50,429 bases of DNA from Nemertoderma westbladi. Its lineage: Eukaryota > Animalia > Xenacoelomorpha. The translations under genes and the position numbers were made by a program. Under the pieces are notes generated by a model. The model saw only the letters and a program-made list of their open reading frames with translations. It was not told where the DNA came from and made no database searches. Positions 11,457 to 25,500 of the stretch are shown here, piece after piece; position 1 is the first letter of the stretch; the number at the start of each line of letters is the position of its first letter. The stretch spans positions 1-50,429 of the forward strand of contig JAUCBJ010004019.1 of NCBI GenBank assembly GCA_032718475.1, read 5' to 3'.

Positions 11457-12286
11457 GCCACGAATTTGTCGGATTAGTTGTTGAATTTCACGATGATTCT
11501 TATAATCCTAATAACATAAAGGTGGGCGACCGAGTTGTTGGTGAGATCAACGCGGCTTGTGAGGCCTCGGAACACTGTCTACCTGCCTGCAAGCTTCCTC
11601 GGAGTCATTGTCCACATCGTACCGTACTCGGAATCCTTGGGAGGGATGGTTGCTTCGCCGAATATCTAACCCTGCCTGTATGTAACCTACACCCTGTCCC
11701 TCCCGTAGTCACAGACACAGAGGCATGCTTTGTCGAACCTCTAGCCGCAGCGTCTAGGATTCTAGAACAGGTTGGGTTTACCGGGGATGTTAATGTTGCC
11801 GTTTTAGGGGACGGTAAACTAGGCATGCTAATTGCCGAGGTGCTGGCCCTGCAGCCATCCAAACTAACTCTCTTTGGTAAACATATGGAGAAGATGAATC
11901 GTTTATCTGCCAAGGTAGAACGCGTAGTCGTCAATGACATTGACCTTGCTGAATATTATAAATCGTTTGACGTTGTCGTTGATGCTACAGGTAATGAGAA
12001 CGGGTTTACTTTCGCTGTTAGATTAGTAAAACCGTTGGGTAAGATTATACTAAAAACAACATGTCATGCGAGCGACCCTGCCTTCGACGCATCTCTTTTA
12101 GTTATCGACGAGATTGTGGTCATTGGTTCGCGTTGTGGACCTTTTAAAACCGCGTTGGAGTTTCTCGAAAAGAAACTCATCAATGTCACCAAGTACTTAA
12201 CACACGAGATTGGTATTGATGATGGTTTAAGGGCTCTAGAAGTTGCTCGTTCTAACAAATGTATTAAGTGTCACATCATATTTTAA
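11457..12286 (+). CDS. Zinc-dependent MDR dehydrogenase, exon 2 (spliced protein 328 aa)
   Basis: GHEFVG, GDRVVGEIN, 4-Cys structural Zn loop, DGCFAEY, EPLAAA, Rossmann VAVLGDGKLG, FDVVVDATG, GSRCGPF. Stop TAA at 12284-12286. Confidence 0.93.
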
Positions 12287-12510
12287 AAATTGTTTTGTAG
12301 TGATAATTTACCATTGCTTGAAAAATTAGAAACTTTTATCATCAATCACTCTTCATTGATTTTAGAGTACACTTACAATTATGAGTTACAGTTATACTGA
12401 AAAAGTATTTTATCCATTATTTCAATGATTGGTTTGTGGGGCGAGCCACGAAGTTGGCGGAGCCTTAGCGAATTGACACTGTTAGGGGGTGGGTCAATTT
12501 ATGCAAATAG

Positions 12511-12531
12511 TTGTCGTCGTCGTAGTTGTCG

Positions 12532-12569
<38 letters not shown>

Positions 12570-12580
12570 GTCGTCGTCGT
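12511..12580. repeat. (GTC)n microsatellite
   Basis: Direct reading. Confidence 0.95.
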
Positions 12581-13270
12581 TACGATTTTGACATGCTAAT
12601 AACTTTGTCGGATTTAAAGCTGCCAAGTTGAAAATTTGTAGGTATCAATATGAGCAAAAGTTGAGATTTTTGAGAGACTTTCAGACACCATCAGTGCAAT
12701 GGTCTCCCGCTAGAGGGCCACATTTCTAAACATTAAATGCCCTCCCATTTCTTTGCTTTTAATCCGTTTAAGCTGAAACTTGGCAGATATGTATTAGACC
12801 ATTAGCTGTGACTTTCAAAGGAGGCGAATCCATCTGCAGTTCTCCAGTCTGCCGCTAGAGGGCCAAAGGTCTGAAAGTGAAATCGTTGTCGTCGTTACGA
12901 TTTTGACATGCTAATAACTTTGTCGGATTTAAAGCTGCCAAGTTGAAAATTTGTAGGTATCAATATGAGCTAAAGTTGAGATTTTTGAGAGACTTTCAGA
13001 CACCATCAGTGCAATGGTTTCCCGCTAGAGGGCCACATGTCTAAACATTAAATGCCCTCCCATTTCTTTGCTTTTAATCCGTTTAAGCTGAAACTTGGCA
13101 GATATGTATTAGACCATTAGCTGTGACTTTCAAAGGAGGCGAATCCATCTGCAGTTCTCCAGTCTGCCGCTAGAGGGCCAAATGTCTGAAAGTGAAATCG
13201 TTGTCGTCGTTATGATATTGACATGCTTATAACTTTGTCGAATTTAAAGCTGCCAAGTTGAAAATTTGTT
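12570..13270. repeat. 315-bp tandem repeat, 2.2 copies, followed by degenerate subunits to ~13630
   Basis: TACGATTTTGACATGCT recurs at 12581 and 12896, with variant TATGATATTGACATGCT at 13211. Each unit has two CCGCTAGAGGGCCA motifs. Confidence 0.92.
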
Positions 13271-14704
13271 TTGTTGAAAATCAGTTCAACAGTCACCCGC
13301 TATAGGACTACTTTATGCCTGAAAGTGAATAGATTCTCCCGTCTCATTGATTTTAATCAGTTTAAGCTGAATCTTGCCATATATTCTGGACCACATGCTG
13401 CGTCTTTGTGGGGGGGGGGGGGGGGGGGGGGGAGATTTAATCGGTCTGCCGCTATACGACGAAATTTCTGAAAGTGAGATCCGTCTCTCATTTCGTTATC
13501 CGTTATTCAAGATGAAACTTGGTCGATGTACGTATGTACTATTCATCCATAGGCTGTGTCTTTGTGGGGCTGGAGACCCTAATCCATCTTCAGTTCTTAC
13601 TATACCGCTAGAGTCAGAAATGTCTGAATAGAAATGAAAGAGGTAAAAAGTGATTAGGCGAAATCTGCTTAAAATTTGCTAATACAGTAATACTTTCGAA
13701 TTAGTACTTAAATTAAATTTAAGTCACGTGCTGCGCGAAGGCCCCACTTCGTGTATATTTATGCCCGTACTTGCTTTTTAACCATTAAATGATCCGTATT
13801 ACGTTATTACGTTGTATATAACGGGGGGGGGGGGGGGGGGGGGGGGGGGTTGGTGGTGGTAACGTTTTTTTTTTATTGAAATATAATGTATGTATTCATG
13901 TTTAAATTCATGATAGGGAGACTTTTCGAGACTGGTGATAACGCTTTATGAGACGGCAAATACCACCATAGGAGACAGTTAACCATCGGGGCCCTCTTCA
14001 TTTGTTTATCGAGAATAAAGAATATACAGTACTCCTTTTAGCAAAAAAATATTTAAATAGTTTGAACAACCTATAGCTTAAGATTTATATATTAGAAAGC
14101 CAATGGCTTTTTAGAAATATAGTCCATAGCACAATCAATTAAAGTTTATTTTTGGCATAACGAACCGGCGCGGCGCCCATGATGGCTAACTTTCGGATCT
14201 TTGACGCAATACAATACCCTCCTACAGTATACAGTGTATACAGTATACATACACCACCTACTTACTACATGTACCGTACCACTGTCGTAAATATCTACAT
14301 CCTTACCATACCGTTATACAGAACGTATAGTGCATACAGTGGACACTATGTGTAGACTCCTGTTGGTTTGATACGGTGCTACACTGTAATTTTCCTTGTG
14401 TTTTGAGTTGTTGCTATCGATTATACTTAGTTAATTATTTGCTTGATAATGCTTCCTGCACTAATAGTTCCTTGGCCTTGAGTTACATAGATACACAATG
14501 GGATTCAAGATTTATTAGTGCAGTAACCAACATTGGGAAAAATAAAACGTCATGTTCTCACTCTGTGAATTCATATTAGATTATTGTGTTTGTGTATTAG
14601 ATTATTTTACATTACAGAATATACTTTTTATGCATAAAACACTTAATTCATGTAAGTACGTACCTGTACGTATTATTGTCATCAATAAATCCGACTGATG
14701 CCAG

Positions 14705-15815
14705 GGGCCGAGTAACTCAAAAAATCTTGAGATTGACCTTGAAACTTAATCTTGAATCTGTTTTACTAGTATTCCTATCTGAAAAATGTCAAGGTCAACC
14801 TTAAGGTAGACTTCAGATTTTTCTCAACGTAAACTTGAAATTTCAATCCGGTAACACAAAAAATCTTGACTTGAGTTGAAGCCAAGTTTCGAGATAAATT
14901 TCAAGGTAGCCATGGAGGTACCTTCAAATTTCAAGGTATCTCAAATCATTGTTTTAGCTGTTACTGTTAGCACTGCTACCGGTACCACAAATAAAGAGCC
15001 ATATTTGCAGAATGCCCCCCACCCCGAAATGTTTTTGAACTTTGAAAGCAATTATCTCTGAATGACATTTTTTCACACGAAAAATAATATCGTTTTTGTA
15101 ATTTTTTATTTTTCGGTAATTTCATAAGCTTAAATAAATTTCATCCAGTTTTCTTGATTACATAATATTTCTCCATTTTTTCCAATTATAAGTTAGAAAA
15201 AACATGGGATTTTTCTTTTTAATTTTTTTTTTTACAAAATTGGCAATTATCAGATATAGAAAATTAAAACATAAAAAGTGGCCGAAAATATGATGAAAAT
15301 GAACATGCTGGTTTCAAAAAATGTGGTATCGAAAAATATCCCCCCCCCCCCCTTTAGTACTACATTGCTCACCCCCTCACAGGCTACTGTAGTCGGTAAA
15401 CTAACTACAGCTTTCTATACAACTGTTTATAAGTTCCGTGGTGTTGGTGTGTAGGCCTACTGTGTAGGTTTAGGGGTGGGTGTTGGTGTTATCGAAATTA
15501 CCATTGCCAAAAGTGTTGCAACAGTGTGTTTAACACCTGTATTCAATAGCCCTAACTAACTGTATACTGCAGGGATTATACAATGGGTTTCACTGCATAA
15601 CCAAGTCAACTGCTTAAATAAACAAATATGTCGTCCATCTTTAATACTCAAGGTGAGCCTTGAAATTTCAAGTCTAAGTCAAGACTAAGTATTGCTTTGA
15701 GTTACCCGCTTGACTGAACTCAAGAAAAATCTTAGTCAAGGTAAAACTTGAGTTTCAAGGTGACCTTGAAGTGGATTTCAAGGTCAATCTCAAGATTTTT
15801 TGAGTTAATCGGCCC
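14705..15815. mobile_element. PIF/Harbinger-like MITE with 40-bp TIRs
   Basis: GGGCCGAGTAACTCAAAAAATCTTGAGATTGACCTTGAAA (14705-14744) is inverted at 15776-15815 with 1 mismatch. CAG at 14702-14704 and 15815-15817 (CWG-type 3-bp TSD, overlapping by one base). Many subterminal CTTGA/TCAAG motifs. Confidence 0.8.
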
Positions 15816-16056
15816 AGATTGCCATTCAAAAATAGTCCCCAGGAACGGTTAGACATCCACTACTATACACACATGGATAAAAAATAAGATAATATAAAAT
15901 AATTTTAATAAATTAAAAGTGTATCCATGACCTACTAAAGATATCCAAGATATCCTTGATGTATATCCTTTATTTGCTATTTATTTATTGCTATATCACT
16001 ATCACTGTCGATATCGATATCGCTTGAACTTGTTATTTTATTTTGTTATCGGGTGT

Positions 16057-16087
<31 letters not shown>

Positions 16088-16419
16088 CATTTTTGTTTTT
16101 TTTTATTTCATTTGAATAAGAATGTAAGGATGATTTCTAATTTTAAAAAGGCTATGCGATATATTATAGTTCTCGTGTTATCGCTGTCATTGCCTCTACT
16201 AGTTCGCCTGTCAAAATGCAGGCAGACAGGTATGTGACTATCCAGCAGCCCAATGTTCCATGGTATAACGCTAAGTGTGTGGGAAACGCCATGGTAACAC
16301 GGTCATGGGAAAACATGGTCAGTCATTTTTTATAATCTGCAATTAAGGATCCGGGATTGAAAAATCAAAAGATGTACAAAAACGCTGGTAAACTCAGAGA
16401 AATGTTAAACCGCGTTCGA

Positions 16420-16463
16420 TTAGCACTCAGTTAGCACTCAGTTAGCACTCAGTTAGCACTCAG
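16420..16463. repeat. 11-bp tandem repeat TTAGCACTCAG x4
   Basis: Direct reading. Confidence 0.9.
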
Positions 16464-16524
16464 AATCCGGATAAGAGTCTTCCGGTGTCCCTCCTTCTTT
16501 CGTCCTTCTTTCGTCCTTCCTTGT

Positions 16525-19500
16525 CAAAGGTGATGAAGTGTATCGTTAATAAACGGCTATATGCTGCACTACATAGGTGATGAAGTTCATCGTTAATAAA
16601 CGGCTATATGCTGCACTACAAAGGTGATGAAGTTCATCGTTAATAAACGGCTATATGCTGCACTACATAGGTGATGAAGTTCATCGTTAATAAACGGCTA
16701 TATGCTGCACTACAAAGGTGATGAAGTTCATCGTTAATAAACGGCTATATGCTGCACTACAAAGGTGATGAAGTTCATCGTTAATAAACGGCTATATGCT
16801 GCACTACAAAGGTGATGAAGTTCATCGTTAATAAACGGCTATATGCTGCACTACAAAGGTGATGAAGTTCATCGTTAATAAACGGCTATATGCTGCACTA
16901 CATAGGTGATAAAGTTCATCATTAATAAACGGCTATATGCTGCACTACAAAGGTGATGAAGTTCATCGTTAATAAACTGCTATATGCTGCACTACATAGG
17001 CGATGAAGTTCATCGTTAATAAACGGCTATATGCTGCACTACATAGGTGATGAAGTTCATCATTAATAAACGGCTATATGCTGCACTACAAAGGTGATGA
17101 AGTTCATCGTTAATAAACTGCTATATGCTGCACTACATAGGCGATGAAGTTCATCGTTAATAAACGGCTATATGCTGCACTACATAGGCGATGAAGTTCA
17201 TCGTTAATAAACGGCTATATGCTGCACTACATAGGCGATGAAGTTCATCGTTAATAAACGGCTATATGCTGAACTACATAGGCGATGAAGTTCATCGTTA
17301 ATAAACGGCTATATGCTGCACTACAAAGGTGATGAAGTTCATCGTTAATAAACGGCTATATGCTGCACTACAAAGGTGATGAAGTTCATCGTTAATAAAC
17401 GGCTATATGCTGCACTACATAGGTGATGAAGTTCATCATTAATAAACGGCTATATGCTGCACTACAAAGGTGATGAAGTTCATCGTTAATAAACTGCTAT
17501 ATGCTGCACTACATAGGCGATGAAGTTCATCGTTAATAAACGGCTATATGCTGCACTACATAGGTGATGAAGTTCATCATTAATAAACGGCTATATGCTG
17601 CACTACAAAGGTGATGAAGTTCATCGTTAATAAACTGCTATATGCTGCACTACATAGGCGATGAAGTTCATCGTTAATAAACGGCTATATGCTGCACTAC
17701 ATAGGCGATGAAGTTCATCGTTAATAAACGGCTATATGCTGCACTACATAGGCGATGAAGTTCATCGTTAATAAACGGCTATATGCTGAACTACATAGGC
17801 GATGAAGTTCATCGTTAATAAACGGCTATATGCTGCACTACATAGGCGATGAAGTTCATCGTTAATAAACGGCTATATGCTGCACTACATAGGCGATGAA
17901 GTTCATGGTTAATAAACTGCTATATGCTGCACTACATAGGCGATGAAGTTCATCGTTAATAAACGGCTATATGCTGCACTACATAGGCGATGAAGTTCAT
18001 CGTTAATAAACGGCTATATGCTGCACTACATAGGCGATGAAGTTCATCGTTAATAAACGGCTATATGCTGAACTACATAGGCGATGAAGTTCATCGTTAA
18101 TAAACGGCTATATGCTGCACTACATAGGTGATGAAGTTCATCGTTAATAAACGGCTATATGCTGCACTACAAAGGTGATGAAGTTCATCGTTAATAAGCG
18201 GCTATATGCTGCACTACAAAGGTGATGAAGTTCATCGTTAATAAACGGCTATATGCTGCACTACATAGGTGATGAAGTTCATCATTAATAAACGGCTATA
18301 TGCTGCACTACAAAGGTGATGAAGTTCATCGTTAATAAACTGCTATATGCTGCACTACATAGGCGATGAAGTTCATCGTTAATAAACGGCTATATGCTGC
18401 ACTACATAGGTGATGAAGTTCATCATTAATAAACGGCTATATGCTGCACTACAAAGGTGATGAAGTTCATCGTTAATAAACTGCTATATGCTGCACTACA
18501 TAGGCGATGAAGTTCATCGTTAATAAACGGCTATATGCTGCACTACATAGGCGATGAAGTTCATCGTTAATAAACGGCTATATGCTGCACTACAAAGGTG
18601 ATGAAGTTCATCGTTAATAAACGGCTATATGCTGCACTACAAAGGTGATGAAGTTCATCGTTAATAAACGGCTATATGCTGCACTACATAGGTGATGAAG
18701 TTCATCATTAATAAACGGCTATATGCTGCACTACAAAGGTGATGAAGTTCATCGTTAATAAACTGCTATATGCTGCACTACATAGGCGATGAAGTTCATC
18801 GTTAATAAACGGCTATATGCTGCACTACATAGGTGATGAAGTTCATCATTAATAAACGGCTATATGCTGCACTACAAAGGTGATGAAGTTCATCGTTAAT
18901 AAACTGCTATATGCTGCACTACATAGGCGATGAAGTTCATCGTTAATAAACGGCTATATGCTGCACTACATAGGCGATGAAGTTCATCGTTAATAAACGG
19001 CTATATGCTGCACTACATAGGCGATGAAGTTCATCGTTAATAAACGGCTATATGCTGCACTACATAGGCGATGAAGTTCATCGTTAATAAACGGCTATAT
19101 GCTGCACTACATAGGCGATGAAGTTCATCGTTAATAAACGGCTATATGCTGCACTACATAGGCGATGAAGTTCATCGTTAATAAACGGCTATATGCTGCC
19201 CTACAAAGGTGATGAAGTGCATCATTAATAAACGGCTATATGCTGCACTACATTGGTGATTAAGTTCATCGTTAATAAACGGCTATATGCTGCACTACAT
19301 AGGCGATGAAGTTCATCGTTAATAAACGGCTATATGCTGCACTACATAGGCGATGAAGTTCATCGTTAATAAACGGCTATATGCTGCACTACATAGGCGA
19401 TGAAGTTCATCATTAATAAACGGCTATATGCTGCCCTACAAAGGTGATGAAGTGTATCGTTAATAAACGGCTATATGCTGCACTACAAAGGTGATGAAGT

Positions 19501-22500
19501 GTATCGTTAATAAACGGCTATATGCTGCACTACATTGGTGATGAAGTTCATCGTTAATAAACGGCTATATGCTGCACTACATTGGTGATGAAGTTCATCG
19601 TTAATAAACGGCTATATGCTGCACTACATTGGTGATGAAGTTCATCGTTAATAAACGGCTATATGCTGCACTACATTGGTGATGAAGTTCATCGTTAATA
19701 AACGGCTATATGCTGCACTACATAGGTGATGAAGTGTATCGTTAATAAACGGCTATATGCTGCACTACATTGGTGATGAAGTTCATCGTTAATAAACGGC
19801 TATATGCTGCACTACATTGGTGATGAAGTTCATCGTTAATAAACGGCTATATGCTGCACTACATAGGCGATGAAGTTCATCGTTAATAAACGGCTATATG
19901 CTGCACTACATAGGCGATGAAGTTCATCGTTAATAAACGGCTATATGCTGCCCTACAAAGGTGATGAAGTTCATCGTTAATAAACGGCTATATGCTGCCC
20001 TACAAAGGTGATGAAGTGTCATCGTTAATAAACGGCTATATGCTGCACTACAAAGGTGATGAAGTGTCATCGTTAATAAACGGCTATATGCTGCACTACA
20101 AAGGTGATGAAGTGCATCGTTAATAAACGGCTATATGCTGCACTACATTGGTGATGAAGTTCATCGTTAATAAACGGCTATATGCTGCACTACATTGGTG
20201 ATGAAGTTCATCGTTAATAAACGGCTATATGCTGCCCTACAAAGGTGATGAAGTTCATCGTTAATAAACGGCTATATGCTGCACTACATAGGCGATGAAG
20301 TTCATCGTTAATAAACGGCTATATGCTGCACTACATAGGCGATGAAGTTCATCGTTAATAAACGGCTATATGCTGCCCTACAAAGGTGATGAAGTTCATC
20401 GTTAATAAACGGCTATATGCTGTCCTACAAAGGTGATGAAGTGTATCGTTAATAAACGGCTATATGCTGCACTACAAAGGTGATGAAGTTCATCGTTAAT
20501 AAACGGCTATATGCTGCCCTACAAAGGTGATGAAGTTTATCGTTAATAAACGGCTATATGCTGCCCTACAAAGGTGATGAAGTGTATCGTTAATAAACGA
20601 CTATATGCTGCACTACAAAGGTGATGAAGTTCATCGTTAATAAACGGCTATATGCTGCACTACAAAGGTGATGAAGTGCATCGTTAATAAACGGCTGTAT
20701 GCTGCACTACATAGGTGATGAAGTTCATCGTTAATAAACGGCTATATGCTGCCCTACAAAGGTGATGAAGTGTATCGTTAATAAACGGCTATATGCTGCA
20801 CTACATAGGTGATGAAGTGTATCGTTAATAAACGGCTATATGCTGCACTACATTGGTGATGAAGTTTATCGTTAATAAACGGCTATATGCTGCACTACAT
20901 TGGTGATGAAGTTCATCGTTAATAAACGGCTATATGCTGCACTACATTGGTGATGAAGTTCATCGTTAATAAACGGCTATATGCTGCACTACATAGGTGA
21001 TGAAGTGTATCGTTAATAAACGGCTATATGCTGCACTACATTGGTGATGAAGTTCATCGTTAATAAACGGCTATATGCTGCACTACAAAGGTGATGAAGT
21101 TCATCGTTAATAAACGGCTATATGCTGCACTACAAAGGTGATGAAGTTCATCGTTAATAAACGGCTATATGCTGCCCTACAAAGGTGATGAAGTTCATCG
21201 TTAATAAACGCCTATATGCTGCACTACATTGGTGATGAAGTTCATCGTTAATAAACGGCTATATGCTGCACTACATTGGTGATGAAGTTCATCGTTAATA
21301 AACGGCTATATGCTGCACTACATTGGTGATGAAGTTCATCGTTAATAAACGACTATATGCTGCACTACAAAGGTGATGAAGTTCATCGTTAATAAACGGC
21401 TATATGCTGCACTACAAAGGTGATGAAGTTCATCGTTAATAAACGGCTATATGCTGCACTACATAGGTGATGAAGTTTATCGTTAATAAACGGCTATATG
21501 CTGCACTACAAAGGTGATGAAGTTCATCGTTAATAAACGGCTATATGCTGCACTACAAAGGTGATGAAGTGCATCGTTAATAAACGGCTATATGCTGCAC
21601 TACATAGGTGATGAAGTTTATCGTTAATAAACGGCTATATGCTGCACTACAAAGGTGATAAAGTTCATCGTTAATAAACGGCTATATGCTGCACTACATA
21701 GGTGATGAAGTTTATCGTTAATAAACGGCTATATGCTGCACTACAAAGGTGATGAAGTTCATCGTTAATAAACGGCTATATGCTGCCCTACAAAGGTGAT
21801 GAAGTTCATCGTTAATAAACGGTTATATGCTGCACTACATTGGTGATGAAGTTCATCGTTAATAAACGGCTATATGCTGCACTACATTGGTGATGAAGTT
21901 CATTGTTAATAAACAGCTATATGCTGCACTACATTGGTGATGATGTTCATCGTTAATGAATGGATATATGCTGTGATGTTCATCGTTAATGAACGGCTAT
22001 ATGCTGCACTACATAGGTGATGAAGTTCATCGTTAATAAACGGCTATATGCTGCCCTACAAAGGTGATGAAGTTCATCGTTAATAAACGGCTATATGCTG
22101 CCCTACATTGGTGATGAAGTTCATCGTTAATAAACGGCTATATGCTGCACTACATTGGTGATGAAGTTCATCGTTAATAAACGGCTATATGCTGCACTAC
22201 GAAGGTGATGAAGTTCATCGTTAATAAACGGCTATATGCTGCACTACAAAGGTGATGAAGTTCATCGTTAATAAACGGCTATATGCTGCCCTACAAAGGT
22301 GATGAAGTTCATCGTTAATAAACGGCTATATGCTGCACTACATTGGTGATGAAGTTCATCGTTAATAAACGGCTATATGCTGCACTACATTGGTGCTGAA
22401 GTTCATCGTTAATAAACAGCTATATGCTGCACTACATTGGTGATGATGTTCATCGTTAATGAATGGCTATATGCTGCACTACATTGGTGATGATGTTCAT

Positions 22501-25500
22501 CGTTAATGAACGGCTATATGCTGCACTACATAGGTGATGAAGTTCATCGTTAATAAACGGCTATATGCTGCCCTACAAAGCTGATGAAGTTCATCGTTAA
22601 TAAACGGCTATATGCTGCCCTACAAAGGTGATGAAGTTCATCGTTAATAAACGGCTATATGCTGCACTACAAAGGTGATGAAGTTCATCATTAATAAACG
22701 GCTATATGCTGCCCTACAAAGGTGATGAAGTTCATCGTTAATAAACGGCTATATGCTGCACTACAAAGGTGATGAAGTGCATCGTTAATAAACGGCTATA
22801 TGCTGCCCTACAAAGGTGATGAAGTGCATCGTTAATAAACGGCTATATGCTGCCCTACAAAGGTGATGAAGTTCATCGTTAATAAACGGCTATATGCTGC
22901 ACTACAAAGGTGATGAAGTTCATCATTAATAAACGGCTATATGCTGCCCTACAAAGGTGATGAAGTTCATCGTTAATAAACGGCTATATGCTGCACTACA
23001 TTGGTGATGATGTTCATCGTTAATGAACGGCTATATGCTGCCCTACAAAGGTGATGACGTGCATCGTTAATAAACGGCTATATGTTGCACTACATAGGTG
23101 ATGAAGTGTATCGTTAATAAACGGCTATATGCTGCACTACATTGGTGATGAAGTTCATCGTTAATAAACGGCTATATGCTGCACTACATTGGTGATGATG
23201 TTCATCGTTAATGAACGGCTATATGCTGCCCTACATAGGTGATGACGTGCATCGTTAATAAACGGCTATATGTTGCACTACATAGGTGATGAAGTGTATC
23301 GTTAATAAACGGCTATATGCTGCACTACATTGGTGATGAAGTTCATCGTTAATAAACGGCTATATGCTGCACTACATTGGTGATGAAGTTCATCGTTAAT
23401 AAACGGCTATATGCTGCACTACATTGGTGATGAAGTTCATCGTTAATAAACGGCTATATGCTGCACTACATTGGTGATGAAGTTCATCGTTAATAAACGG
23501 CTATATGCTGCACTACATAGGTGATGAAGTGTATCGTTAATAAACGGCTATATGCTGCACTACATTGGTGATGAAGTTCATCGTTAATAAACGGCTATAT
23601 GCTGCACTACATTGGTGATGAAGTTCATCGTTAATAAACGGCTATATGCTGCACTACAAAGGTGATGAAGTGTATCGTTAATAAACGGCTATATGCTGCC
23701 CTACAAAGGTGATGAAGTTCATCGTTAATAAACGGTTATATGCTGCACTACATTGGTGATGAAGTTCAGCGTTAATAAACGCCTATATGCTGCACTACAT
23801 TGGTGATGAAGTTCATCGTTAATAAACAGCTATATGCTGCACTACATTGGTGATGATGTTCATCATTAATGAATGGATATATGCTGCACTACATTGGTGA
23901 TGATGTTCATCGTTAATGAACGGCTATATGCTGCACTACATAGGTGATGAAGTTCATCGTTAATAAACGGCTATATGCTGCCCTACAAAGGTTATGAAGT
24001 TCATCGTTAATAAACGGCTATATGCTGCCCTACAAAGGTGATGAAGTTCATCGTTAATAAACGGCTATATGCTGCACTACATAGGTGATGAAGTGTATCG
24101 TTAATAAACGGCTATATGCTGCACTACATTGGTGTTGAAGTTCATCGTTAATAAACGGCTATATGCTGCACTACATTGGTGATGAAGTTCATCGTTAATA
24201 AACGGCTATATGCTGCACTACGAAGGTGATGAAGTTCATCGTTAATAAACGGCTATATGCTGCACTACAAAGGTTATGAAGTTCATCGTTAATAAACGGC
24301 TATATGCTGCCCTACAAAGGTGATGAAGTTCATCGTTAATAAACGGCTATATGCTGCACTACATTGGTGATGAAGTTCATCGTTAATAAACAGCTATATG
24401 CTGCACTACATTGGTGATGATGTTCATCGTTAATGAATGGCTATATGCTGCACTACATTGGTGATGATGTTCATCGTTAATGAACGGCTATATGCTGCAC
24501 TACATAGGTGATGAAGTTCATCGTTAATAAACGGCTATATGCTGCACTACATTGGTGATGAAGTTCATCGTTAATAAACGGCTATATGCTGCACTACAAA
24601 GGTGATGAAGTTCATCGTTAATAAACGGCTATATGCTGCACTACATAGGCGATGAAGTTCATCGTTAATAAACGGCTATATGCTGCACTACATTGGTGAT
24701 TAAGTTCATCGTTAATAAACGGCTATATGCTGCACTACAAAGGTGATGAAGTTCATCGTTAATAAACGGCTATATGCTGCACTACAAAGGTGATGAAGTT
24801 CATCGTTAATAAACGGCTATATGCTGCACTACATTGGTGATGATGTTCATCGTTAATGAATGGCTATATGCTGCACTACATTGGTGATGATGTTCATCGT
24901 TAATGAATGGCTATATGCTGCACTACATTGGTGATGATGTTCATCGTTAATGAACGGCTATATGCTGCCCTACAAAGGTGATGAAGTGCATCGTTAATAA
25001 ACGGCTATATGCTGCACTACATAGGTGATGATGTTCATCGTTAATGAATGGCTATATGCTGCACTACATTGGTGATGATGTTCATCGTTAATGAATGGCT
25101 ATATGCTGCACTACATTGGTGATGATGTTCATCGTTAATGAACGGCTATATGCTGCCCTACAAAGGTGATGAAGTGCATCGTTAATAAACGGCTATATGC
25201 TGCACTACATAGGCGATGAAGTTCATCGTTAATAAACGGCTATATGCTGCACTACATTGGTGATTAAGTTCATCGTTAATAAACGGCTATATGCTGCACT
25301 ACAAAGGTGATGAAGTTCATCGTTAATAAACGGCTATATGCTGCACTACAAAGGTGATGAAGTTCATCGTTAATAAACGGCTATATGCTGCACTACAAAG
25401 GTGATGAAGTTCATCGTTAATAAACGGCTATATGCTGCCCTACAAAGGTGATGAAGTGCATCGTTAATAAACGGCTATATGCTGCCCTACAAAGGTGATG

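Larger units (their letters stand above)
12430..13780 (+). mobile_element. Helentron-associated (HINE/DINE-1-like) non-autonomous element with microsatellite and internal tandem repeats
   Basis: Subterminal inverted motifs GTGGGGC/CACGAAGT (12436-12454) vs GCCCCAC/ACTTCGTG (13741-13753). 5' stem GCCA-cgaagt-TGGC, 3' stem CGAAG-gcccca-CTTCG. (GTC)n tract, then a tandem core, with T-rich ends. Boundaries are approximate. Confidence 0.6.

Noticed and set aside
12425-12631. Arg-rich protamine-like ORF
   Set aside because: It is simply the translation of the (GTC)n microsatellite in a transposon.
13409-16083. Poly-G runs (13409, 13824, 16057; also 47281, 48961) as functional G-quadruplexes
   Set aside because: Simple homopolymers, mostly in or near TE remnants; lengths are unreliable and nothing supports a function.
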